From Candidatus Altiarchaeales archaeon (lineage in GTDB: Archaea > Altiarchaeota > Altiarchaeia > IMC4 > SCGC-AAA252-I15), in the NCBI GenBank assembly GCA_014727915.1, contig WJMO01000013.1:1-33167 (forward strand): DNA of 33,167 nucleotides, written 5' to 3'. Both the position numbers and the translations under genes were made by a program. Under the pieces are notes generated by a model that saw only the letters and a program-made list of their open reading frames with translations, made no database searches and had not been told where the DNA came from. Position 1 is the stretch's first letter, and each line of letters opens with the position of its first letter. Positions 1 through 7,614 of this stretch are shown piece after piece.

Positions 1-342
1 CTCTACGAGAATGCAGTCGCAGTCAAACTAAAGAAAACAGAACTCCAGGAAAAAACTGAAACATACTTCTGGAAAAACCAACAACAAGAAGAAGTAGACT
101 TCCTGACAAAGAAAGGACAGAAAATAACACAGCTAATACAAGTGTGCCAAGACATAAGCAACCCTGAAACCAGAAAACGAGAGGAAAGAAGCCTCTTAAA
201 AGCCGGTAAAGAACTCAAATGCAAAAACCTCCTGGTGATAACAGGAGACTACGAGGCGAAAGAAGAGGCCGAATGGTACGGCATAAAAGCAGATATAGAA
301 TACATACCCCTACACAAATGGTTGTTAACAAACAACCACTAG
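1..342 (+). CDS. AAA+ ATPase (AAA_14/DUF4143 type), C-terminal fragment, 5'-truncated by the window edge
   Basis: Frame 1 is open from base 1: LYENAVAVKL...YFWKNQQQEEVDFL...LIQVC...LLVIT...IPLHKWLL*. EN, Y(F/W)...EVDF and IQV are typical DUF4143 motifs. Confidence 0.85.
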   Translation, partial: LYENAVAVKLKKTELQEKTETYFWKNQQQEEVDFLTKKGQKITQLIQVCQDISNPETRKREERSLLKAGKELKCKNLLVITGDYEAKEEAEWYGIKADIEYIPLHKWLLTNNH

Positions 343-549
343 CTAAAAAGAGAAATCAAAAAGAGTTTCAAGCACATCAGTTGATTCTCCCCTGAAATCA
401 GATGGATTAAAACACGGTGCTTGATTCTTTGATACGAGAAAACTGGATCTTGGTCTTGTATACTTTGAGGGGAGGAGATAATATTTATCTAAAGGGATGA
501 TCTCAACAGTGTTAAAATAAAAAATGGAATTATCATATCTGTTATATGT

Positions 550-1029
550 TCATCTGCTGAATCTACTGTCGGATAGGTGTTTGCCTTTTATTTTTCCCTG
601 TAACCATCCGATGCGTGCTCTCTCAGGGGTGTCGAATTCTGGGACGTGGGGTTTTATGTCTAATAATGGTGTTTCGTCCACCATGTCGACGCCAGACACG
701 TGGAGGATGTTATCCTCCACACGGTCTAGTCTTACTATGGTAACTCCGATGGGGTTGGGTCTTCTGGGAGACCGTATGGAGAACACTCCGTGTTCCATGT
801 CGTCTAGGAATGGTTTCTGTTTTAGGTTGTAGCCGCTGGACTTGTGGAACACGTAGAGTGTCATTATGTGGCTGAACCCCTCCAAGCTCAGGAGTCCTTC
901 CGAGTATTCCTTGAACACCTCGACTGTCCCTTTTGAATCCTCGTGCAGGCCTCCCTGTATGGGTATGCCCTCTTTATTCTTGTATGGGGTGTGGATTACG
1001 CCAATGGGCTTAAGCTTGACTTCTCTCAT
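550..1029 (-). CDS. tsaA: TrmO/TsaA (UPF0066) SAM-binding tRNA methyltransferase family protein
   Basis: PIGVIHTPY, L.GFSHI, GVFSIRSPRRPNPIG and D.TPLLDIKP motifs; GGAGGT SD upstream. Confidence 0.92.
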   Translation of the reverse strand: MREVKLKPIGVIHTPYKNKEGIPIQGGLHEDSKGTVEVFKEYSEGLLSLEGFSHIMTLYVFHKSSGYNLKQKPFLDDMEHGVFSIRSPRRPNPIGVTIVRLDRVEDNILHVSGVDMVDETPLLDIKPHVPEFDTPERARIGWLQGKIKGKHLSDSRFSR

Positions 1030-1065
1030 TTGACCTCCCTCCTTTTACTCTTGCACATGAGGCAA

Positions 1066-1986
1066 TCACTTTACCCTCTCAAAGTAATATACTCCCTTGC
1101 AAGTTCTCTCCTTGCCGACGACCCCGTCTATTGAAAGCTGGTCCAAGATTTTCACCGCCTCGTTTTCGTGCAGGCCCAGTGCAGAGGATATATCCTTTAG
1201 CGTGCAAGGCCTCCTCCGCAGCAAGTCAAGCATCAAATCCTCTTTCTCGCCTTTACGATCATCGGCGGCACCTCTCTTGAAATCAGCTATCACCTCTGCA
1301 TCCAAGAATTTGCCGATCTCCTTTAACTTTTCCCAGTTAACGGGTTTCGCGTGTTCTTCAGCTGGGGGTCTTACAACAGTGTTCAGGTGAACTTTGTCCG
1401 GGTTGATCATGTCAATGACCTTCTTCAGGGACTCAATCTCGCTGTCGTCCGTGTTCAAGCCTTCTACCACCATCACCTCCAACCAGACCGAACCCTCAAA
1501 CTCTCTCTTCAATTTTATCAGGCCTTCCATGATGTCTGAGATCTTCATTTCATGGCAGGGTCTGTTGACTTTCTCGAAATTCTTCTGGGTTACTGCGTCA
1601 AGCGACGGCAGTATAACGTCTGCTGATGAGATATCCTCCCTGACACGGTAGTCGGAGAGTAGGGAAGAGTTTGTTAACACTGCTACTGGAATGTCTGACA
1701 TTGATTTGACAGCATCTATGACCTCGCCTATCCCAGAGTTGAGGGTGGGTTCGCCTGAGCCGGACATGGTTATGTAATCACACCTCTGGCCGGAGTCTAT
1801 GAAATCCTTCACTTCCGCGATCACGTCCTTCACGGGCATGTACTCATGTCTTTCTAGGGTCTTCTTTGTTGTTTCCCCTAGTTGACAGTAGATGCAGTCG
1901 AAGGAGCATATCTTACGTGGGGTCAAGTCCACGCCAAGCGAGAAACCAAGCCTCCTCGAAGGAACCGGACCATATATGTGCTTCAC
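1066..1986 (-). CDS. Radical SAM protein (COG0731-like) with C-terminal HTH-like extension
   Basis: YGPVPSRRLG.SLG, CSFDCIYC (CxxxCxxC), SGSGEPTL, LTNSSL, LNT.VRPPAE, and terminal LLRRRPCT..DIS. Confidence 0.9.
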   Translation of the reverse strand: MKHIYGPVPSRRLGFSLGVDLTPRKICSFDCIYCQLGETTKKTLERHEYMPVKDVIAEVKDFIDSGQRCDYITMSGSGEPTLNSGIGEVIDAVKSMSDIPVAVLTNSSLLSDYRVREDISSADVILPSLDAVTQKNFEKVNRPCHEMKISDIMEGLIKLKREFEGSVWLEVMVVEGLNTDDSEIESLKKVIDMINPDKVHLNTVVRPPAEEHAKPVNWEKLKEIGKFLDAEVIADFKRGAADDRKGEKEDLMLDLLRRRPCTLKDISSALGLHENEAVKILDQLSIDGVVGKERTCKGVYYFERVK

Positions 1987-2831
1987 CTTCCCTCACCGCC
2001 GCAGAACACGATACTCCCCCGTTCAACTCCGAGGTTTCTCGCTATCAACTCGCATTTGGCCATGAGCAAAAAGTAGATGTGATTTTCGCTGTTCAAGCCT
2101 TCATAGTTGCCCTGACCCTTGCTCAGCACAATGTCCGCATCCTTCAGTTTCGAGATAAACTCCGGGTCTGTCCTCTCATAGCCGGTTCCCGGAGTCCCGT
2201 TTCCCATTAATTCCACATTAACAATATCTTCTAGGCCGCAGGATTTCACGTCCTCTAATGTGGCGTCATTGATTATCGGGGCTCCCTTAACGACCAATGT
2301 TATATCCTTGTCTCCAAGTTCTTCTATCAGAACTTTGTCGAAGACTAGTTCCCCTGCATTGTCTGCTAGATACATTATGTTCCCAGCGTCACTGAGCTCT
2401 TCTCTGAATTCAGCGTATCTGTCCACTGCGAATTCTTTATCCAATACCTTATTTATGGTTTCTTTTACGTCGAATTCATGAATTACTCCATAGTCTATGA
2501 TGTTTCCCACGGCCGCCAGTTTCACGGCCGTATGCAGTCTGTCGTCTGATTTTTCCACAAGTTCCTTCAGCCAGGGGCACATTCCCAACGCCAGTCTGTT
2601 ATCCGCGTCCTTGACTTGCCTGTAGGGATCCGGGTTGTCTGTCACATCCCTTACTATCGCATGAACTTTGTGGGCAATCTCCGGGGGGGTATGGCTGTAG
2701 GATAAACCGATCATGAGGGTTGAAACCTCCCGCAGCACCTCTGTCTGAAGTTTCTCATCGTCCGTGGCCTTTCTGGCCGCCTCAAGAGCCTGACGCATGA
2801 AGCAGGGTATGCAGTCAAGATTAACCTTCAC
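1983..2831 (-). CDS. DUF89/ARMT1-like damage-control phosphatase
   Basis: CIPC N-terminus, DPY..VK, GNIIDYG, DNAGE..FD, PIINDAT, KGQGNYE and KC motifs. Start placed at GTG 2831, downstream of a GAGGTGA SD. Confidence 0.92.
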   Translation of the reverse strand: MKVNLDCIPCFMRQALEAARKATDDEKLQTEVLREVSTLMIGLSYSHTPPEIAHKVHAIVRDVTDNPDPYRQVKDADNRLALGMCPWLKELVEKSDDRLHTAVKLAAVGNIIDYGVIHEFDVKETINKVLDKEFAVDRYAEFREELSDAGNIMYLADNAGELVFDKVLIEELGDKDITLVVKGAPIINDATLEDVKSCGLEDIVNVELMGNGTPGTGYERTDPEFISKLKDADIVLSKGQGNYEGLNSENHIYFLLMAKCELIARNLGVERGSIVFCGGEGR

Positions 2832-2888
2832 CTGTTCACCTCTTTGATGGTCTCTTCCCATATGACACAGCAAAACATAGGGTCCGCA

Positions 2889-3245
2889 TCATCCGCTACC
2901 TTTGAAATCATCTAGTGCTTTGACTACGAGTTGAGTGTACATTAGTGAGGGTCCGCCGCCCATCAGCGCCGCCACAAAGCAGGTTTCCATTATCTCCTCC
3001 TCTGTGGCGCCCGCATCCAATGCGTTTTTCACGTGGAATGCGATGCACCACCTGCAGTGTTTGGCTACCGACAGCGCTATGCTTATCAACTCCTTGCTCT
3101 TATGGGATAGAGTACCTTCTTTCTCGGCTGACCGCATGAAGCTTCCGAATGCTTTCATCTGCTCCGGATACCTTTCGTTCAAAAGCTTCAAAGACCCGTT
3201 CACTTCCCCCAGCACATCATTCATCTGTTCCATCTTTTTTATCAT
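2889..3245 (-). CDS. Carboxymuconolactone decarboxylase / AhpD-like protein
   Basis: L..K.KELI.IALSV..HCRWCI.FH...A..AGAT.EEI.E...VA.LMGGGP, with a CxxC. Confidence 0.9.
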   Translation of the reverse strand: MIKKMEQMNDVLGEVNGSLKLLNERYPEQMKAFGSFMRSAEKEGTLSHKSKELISIALSVAKHCRWCIAFHVKNALDAGATEEEIMETCFVAALMGGGPSLMYTQLVVKALDDFKGSG

Positions 3246-3260
3246 TTGGGTATCATGATG

Positions 3261-3587
3261 CTAGTAGCTACTGTAACTACTTCTTTTACTATTCTTTTTT
3301 TTATTTCCCCTACCCCATATGGGGTCGTTCTGATATCTTTCCCTCCACATCTCTTCAGGGTGTTGTTTCCTAACTTCGTCGGCGCTGAAGGAGTAACGGT
3401 ATTCTTCTATGTACTCCATGAGGAGGTCATACGCCTCCTGTATACTCGTGAAGTTTTCGCCTTTACCGTTTCCGTCGGGGTGGTGTTTTTTCGCTAAATT
3501 CCTGTGGGCTTCTTTAATCTCGGATTCTCTGGCGTCCACACCCAATCCTAGCAGTCTCCTGGCTTTGTCTATCTCCTCGGCGTTCAT
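3261..3587 (-). CDS. Small J-domain (DnaJ-like) protein
   Basis: LGL...A...EIK.A.R.LAKKHHPD...F..I..AY..L, with the HPD motif. Confidence 0.9.
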   Translation of the reverse strand: MNAEEIDKARRLLGLGVDARESEIKEAHRNLAKKHHPDGNGKGENFTSIQEAYDLLMEYIEEYRYSFSADEVRKQHPEEMWRERYQNDPIWGRGNKKKNSKRSSYSSY

Positions 3588-3775
3588 CCTCTAGTAAGCC
3601 GTGTGCCGCATCTGGGGCATGTCTGCCGGTTGCACGGTCTACCACGGGCATGCTGGGTTCTGTAACCACATCTCTGGCATCGGCAGTAGGATGGCCCTCC
3701 CTGGCCTCTCCCTGCCCTCCGGCCTCCTCCTTTGCCCGAGCCTACTCTCGGGCCCCTGCCATCCCCTCCTGGCAT
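3584..3775 (-). CDS. Small Gly/Arg-rich (DUF5320-like) protein with C-terminal Cys-rich zinc ribbon
   Basis: MPGGDGRGP N-terminus; C.C..CG...H.RG.PC...CP.CG; GGAGGT SD; ATGA overlap with the next gene. Confidence 0.8.
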   Translation of the reverse strand: MPGGDGRGPRVGSGKGGGRRAGRGQGGPSYCRCQRCGYRTQHARGRPCNRQTCPRCGTRLTRG

Positions 3776-3797
3776 CTTAGATTACCTCCTTTCTTTA

Positions 3798-3983
3798 TTA
3801 CAAAGATTTTATGGCTTCTTTCAGTTTCTCAAACTGGTCTTTGTTCAAGTGGCATAATCCAATGCCTTCCCTGTCTTCGCCGATTATGGCGCTACCGTTG
3901 TCGTTCACAATCAACTGCGGGCAGTTGGGGTTAGGTCCCGGCCCGTCACATAGGTTTAGTACTTTCATTTTTTTTTTATTCAC
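3798..3983 (-). CDS. Hypothetical 61-aa protein with 3 Cys
   Basis: GGAGGTGA SD within the mrp 3' end, overlapping stop, and exact fill of the operon gap. Confidence 0.7.
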   Translation of the reverse strand: MNKKKMKVLNLCDGPGPNPNCPQLIVNDNGSAIIGEDREGIGLCHLNKDQFEKLKEAIKSL

Positions 3984-4791
3984 CTCCTATTATTTTTTCG
4001 ACAATCTGCTGAAATGATGTTCCTAAATCGGTTTTCGGGTTTTCAATCATGAATGATTTTCCGCTGTCCCCGGAGGAAACAACTTCAGGGTCTAACGGTA
4101 GTCTTCCGATGAATGGAACGTCAACTTCCTTGGCTGCTCTTTCACCGCCTCCGGATCCGAACAGGTTTATGTTATTTCCGCAGTGGGGGCAGTCAAGGCC
4201 TGACATGTTCTCTATTATACCCAAAACTGGCATACCAACCTTCTTGCTGAAGTTGACTGCCTTCCGCGAGTCCATTAGGGCCACATCCTGTGGTGTCGTG
4301 ACTATGACTGCCCCGGTTATCCCAGGCAGCATCTGCGCTACCGTCAGTGCCTCGTCTCCGGTGCCGGGGGGCAGGTCAATGATCAGGTAATCCAAATCAC
4401 CCCATTGTACGTCGGAGAGGAACTGTAGGATGAGGTTGCCTCTAAGCGGGCCGCGCCATACCACTGGTGTATCCTTGTCTTCCAATAGGAATGCCATTGA
4501 CATCACTTTTACTCCCTGATTTTCTGCTGGTATGATGCCATCGCCGTTTGATATGAGCTTCCTTTTGTCCAAGCCCATCATCTTGGGCACGTTAGGTCCT
4601 GTGATGTCTGTGTCAAGTAGGCCGACTTTGAATTTTTTGGCCAGGGAGCATGCTAGGTTGACTGACACGGTAGTCTTCCCCACGCCTCCCTTTCCTGAGA
4701 TGACTGCGATCTTATTTTTAATCTTGCCCATGGCTTCGGAAACATTTGCAACCATTTCTTCGTATTCCTGGTTTTCCATCCTATTCTTCAC
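3976..4791 (-). CDS. mrp: Mrp/NBP35 (ApbC) Fe-S cluster carrier ATPase
   Basis: [35 protein letters not shown] and ENMS..CPHC motifs. Confidence 0.95.
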   Translation of the reverse strand: MKNRMENQEYEEMVANVSEAMGKIKNKIAVISGKGGVGKTTVSVNLACSLAKKFKVGLLDTDITGPNVPKMMGLDKRKLISNGDGIIPAENQGVKVMSMAFLLEDKDTPVVWRGPLRGNLILQFLSDVQWGDLDYLIIDLPPGTGDEALTVAQMLPGITGAVIVTTPQDVALMDSRKAVNFSKKVGMPVLGIIENMSGLDCPHCGNNINLFGSGGGERAAKEVDVPFIGRLPLDPEVVSSGDSGKSFMIENPKTDLGTSFQQIVEKIIGGE

Positions 4792-5209
4792 GCACCTTGA
4801 TTTTTTTGCTGCTGCATTCGGGGCACTCCCTTGGTTTTCTCATTGACTTTTCAGCCTTCCACTCATGCTTGTCGTTGAGACATCTAAAGACCATCTCATC
4901 ATCTGAGACATAGTATCCTCCCCGGATTTCAATGGCTTTACCATAGAGCAGCGCCTCAATGACCTTACTAAGTCCTGACTTAAGTTCACGTTCCATGGTC
5001 CTTCTTGAAACGCCCATGCGCTTTGCTGCTTGCTCACGTTTTTCCCTGTCATAGTAAACTAGTTTCATGGCCTCCAATTCCTCAACCTTCAATTCTACAC
5101 CCTCCAGCTCGGTCAAGGGGATGCCACGTGGCTTGAAATAGTTAATGCCAGGCACCTCACTCACCTTACGCAGGCACTTAGGTCTTCCCATTCTGTTCTT
5201 AGACTCCAT
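4781..5209 (-). CDS. DUF134 (UPF0251) HTH DNA-binding protein with C-terminal zinc ribbon
   Basis: [35 protein letters not shown], then C...H.W...CPEC.S. Confidence 0.92.
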   Translation of the reverse strand: MESKNRMGRPKCLRKVSEVPGINYFKPRGIPLTELEGVELKVEELEAMKLVYYDREKREQAAKRMGVSRRTMERELKSGLSKVIEALLYGKAIEIRGGYYVSDDEMVFRCLNDKHEWKAEKSMRKPRECPECSSKKIKVREE

Positions 5210-5221
5210 CTCACAGACTAA

Positions 5222-5278
5222 TGCCCATTAGGGCAAAAATAGAATGGAAACAAGGATATATAAATGCCCACTAGGTCG
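5222..5278 (-). promoter_or_regulatory. Promoter of the DUF134 operon: TATA box flanked by two TGCCCA.TAGG sites
   Basis: Minus-strand TTTATATA at 5257-5264; palindrome TGCCC-ATTA-GGGCA at 5222-5235; related TGCCC-ACTA-GGTCG at 5265-5278. Confidence 0.55.
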
Positions 5279-5378
5279 AAAGTGTTAAGTGCAAAAAACA
5301 TGGACGGACACCATGGAATTAGGCGGGTGATTCCAAGGCTGTTTACTACAGGGTGTATAATAATACTATAGGAGAAAG

Positions 5379-5816
5379 CTAGGTCTTGTTTGTTCTTGCT
5401 GTGTGTATGACCCTTTGTACTGCCATGCTGGTGATCATGCTGCAGAGGATGTACCATCCTAGCCATCCTAGGCTGAATCCGAATATTGTTGCCACTATCC
5501 CAGTTTGGGCGAAGTGGGTTTTCAGCCATCCGAAGATTACCAGGTAGGGTAGCATGCTGTATATCATCGGCTTCATGGAGTGCTTCATCTGCTCCATTGA
5601 CGCGGACATCATCTCCCTCTGGTGCCTCTGGACGGCCTCGTAGTCCTTTTTCTTCTGGGCGTCCTTCATCCTCTCCTGGTGCGCCTTTATCTTTTCCTTA
5701 TTCTCCGTGAGCTTGGGGATGTCGGTGAACTTGAACCTCACGAGGGTCCGCAGGCTGGCAATGGCGAATGAGATCAATGTAATGGCCTGTCCGGCGTGCG
5801 TCAGGTGTATGATCAA
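5379..5816 (-). CDS. EMC3/TMCO1 (DUF106) family membrane protein
   Basis: TM segment, coiled coil, MK.SMKPM....P, then LGWLGWYILCS; TTG start after GGAGGTTGA. Confidence 0.85.
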   Translation of the reverse strand: MIIHLTHAGQAITLISFAIASLRTLVRFKFTDIPKLTENKEKIKAHQERMKDAQKKKDYEAVQRHQREMMSASMEQMKHSMKPMIYSMLPYLVIFGWLKTHFAQTGIVATIFGFSLGWLGWYILCSMITSMAVQRVIHTARTNKT

Positions 5817-5902
5817 ACTATCAACCTCCCGATAGAATAAAAATTGCAGAACAGGAATAAATACCCCTAACAGTATTATTCTAAGAGTTCCCGATTATTA
5901 CC

Positions 5903-6466
5903 ATGGCTGAACGCGCTGTGGCTGGTGTCGCATCCTCGAAGGCGGGCGTAAGAAACCGTGTTCTAATGTTGGGATATGGAAACCCCGACGATGAGATAAT
6001 CGGTTTGGCGCATAGGTTCACAGACCTCAGGTTCGTTGGCGTGGACTCGGAGGGTGAGGGCGTCACCCGCCAGGATCTGCCGGAGAATCTGGAGCTCGTC
6101 CGGGGGGACATGAAATCCCAGCTCGAGGCTGAAGACCCTGGCAGCCTGGACATGATAAGCTCAAAACTGGCCTTCGGATACTACACGGACTATGGCCGGG
6201 AGGTGACTTTCAGGTATTCCCAGGAGGTGTCAGACCTCGCGTTCTCACGTCTAAAGCCAGGCAAAAGATTCCACATCATAGCTGGGGCAGGCCTCAAGGA
6301 CCCTATCAGCGGATGCCTGTCCAAATCAGGGTTCTCGGTCACCGTGGGAAGACAGGCTAATCCGTCTGATGGATTCGATTTGCTGGAGTTGGAGACTGCG
6401 TGGATGAGGGCCATGAAGGACTCCGGCGGCAAGCTAGTCCTGATAACAGGCGAGAAACCAGCTTGA
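5903..6466 (+). CDS. Divergent class I SAM-dependent methyltransferase-fold protein
   Basis: VLMLGYG, FVGVD, LVRGDM, SLDMI and LKPG..F motifs in Rossmann MTase order. Confidence 0.6.
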   Translation: MAERAVAGVASSKAGVRNRVLMLGYGNPDDEIIGLAHRFTDLRFVGVDSEGEGVTRQDLPENLELVRGDMKSQLEAEDPGSLDMISSKLAFGYYTDYGREVTFRYSQEVSDLAFSRLKPGKRFHIIAGAGLKDPISGCLSKSGFSVTVGRQANPSDGFDLLELETAWMRAMKDSGGKLVLITGEKPA

Positions 6467-6498
6467 AAAAAAGGAGGATTCTCTAATCTTTTTCCTTT

Positions 6499-6684
6499 TC
6501 AGATGGGGTTCCTCTCCTGTCTTCTTCGCATTAGCCGGTATTCGTGGCTGCATTCCCTGCTGCAGAACGCATAAAGCTGGTCTTTGATCCTCTTCTTATA
6601 CGGCAGTTCCTCGGATTCCAGGCTGCAGTACGCGCATTTCCCGACCACACCGTCTTTTCCCGTGATGAAATCCCATAATCCCAT
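6499..6684 (-). CDS. Small TRASH/YHS-like metal-binding protein
   Basis: CAYC...Y.FCSREC; a paralog lies at 21256-21468. Confidence 0.75.
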   Translation of the reverse strand: MGLWDFITGKDGVVGKCAYCSLESEELPYKKRIKDQLYAFCSRECSHEYRLMRRRQERNPI

Positions 6685-6759
6685 TTGACAACAATATTCT
6701 CACACATGTGAAAAGTCGCTTTTGGTTCAATCCCCGAATTGGTATATACGGCTGCTGGT

Positions 6760-6918
6760 TCAAATGCGGAAAGGGCGGTCCCACTGTTGGAGGTTATATA
6801 TCCTCCACCATAGGTTCTTTATCCTCCTGTAGTCCTTATTGGGCTTTCTAACTTCAAAGTCTATCTCCCTCATCAACTCCCTGATCTCCTCCCTTTCTGA
6901 AGAGTGTCTTCCATGCAT
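6760..6918 (-). CDS. Hypothetical 52-aa charged helical protein
   Basis: GGAGGTGAT SD just upstream of ATG 6918; MHGRHSSEREEIRELMREIDFEVRKPNKDYRRIKNLWWRIYNLQQWDRPFRI. Confidence 0.65.
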   Translation of the reverse strand: MHGRHSSEREEIRELMREIDFEVRKPNKDYRRIKNLWWRIYNLQQWDRPFRI

Positions 6919-7280
6919 ATAGATCACCTCCCATAGCCAATTGTATGTGGGTGGTGCCGGCCTCCCATCATATACTCTGAAGGTCATCTAAAACAGTTTT
7001 TGGGTTCACGACTCGAACAGAAATAAAAGGCCGTTGGTTCAAGCCTGGAAAACCCAATTAAAGGCCTGTTGTAAACCATTCCCCCTGGGTTTTTACTTTT
7101 ATATCTTGAATCACTGATTGTTTCTGCAAGAGATTTTTTCTCTGCTGATTGGAGTGGTTTGTCCTATTTCAAAAACCTTGAGTTTTTGGCTGCTTTGGTT
7201 GGTGGAGTCCCTTGGATAACTTTTGGAAATGGACGAAGCAAACACGACCGTTGGGTTAGGCAGCATGGAGCTGATGCTCT

Positions 7281-7613
7281 TTGGCTAGAGGACCGAGAAA
7301 ACCCCGTTGGATCGGGAAATCCAGGCGCAGAGGACCCGGCCACAATCGGAACAACAAGACAAACCGCAAGGTGAAGAAGAAGAAGTTGAACCTGAGCCGG
7401 GAGAAGGAGTTCCTCTTCGACCTGAAGGAGATATTCCATGAGAACGGCATAGAGGATCCGGGCGTTTTCTTGGCTAACACGTTGAACAAGGCCACACGTG
7501 ACGGCATAGACGATGCCATAGAGTACGTCCGTGACGTGGATGACAATAACCTCCCCGAGGACGTCACCGAGAGCATAGTCCGGTTATTGAAGAGATATTC
7601 GACTATGCGGTAA
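7281..7613 (+). CDS. Hypothetical protein with basic disordered N-terminus and acidic helical C-terminus
   Basis: TTG start after GGAGCTGA; host-like codon use; stop 1 nt before the asnO ATG. Confidence 0.75.
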   Translation: MARGPRKPRWIGKSRRRGPGHNRNNKTNRKVKKKKLNLSREKEFLFDLKEIFHENGIEDPGVFLANTLNKATRDGIDDAIEYVRDVDDNNLPEDVTESIVRLLKRYSTMR

Positions 7614-7614
7614 A

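Noticed and set aside
502-514. TCAAC-AGT-GTTAA resembling the Cys/Met operator
   Set aside because: It has a mismatch and lies between convergent gene ends rather than at a promoter.
2832-2891. AhpD TGA is in frame with DUF89 (GSG*CG...), suggesting selenocysteine readthrough or a fusion
   Set aside because: The AhpD CxxC is intact, DUF89 has its own SD and GTG, and I see no convincing archaeal SECIS. An in-frame gap this short can arise by chance.
6720-7046. Four GGTTCA words resembling tRNA T-loops or CRISPR repeats
   Set aside because: No cloverleaf stems, irregular spacing, and only 6-8 nt of identity.
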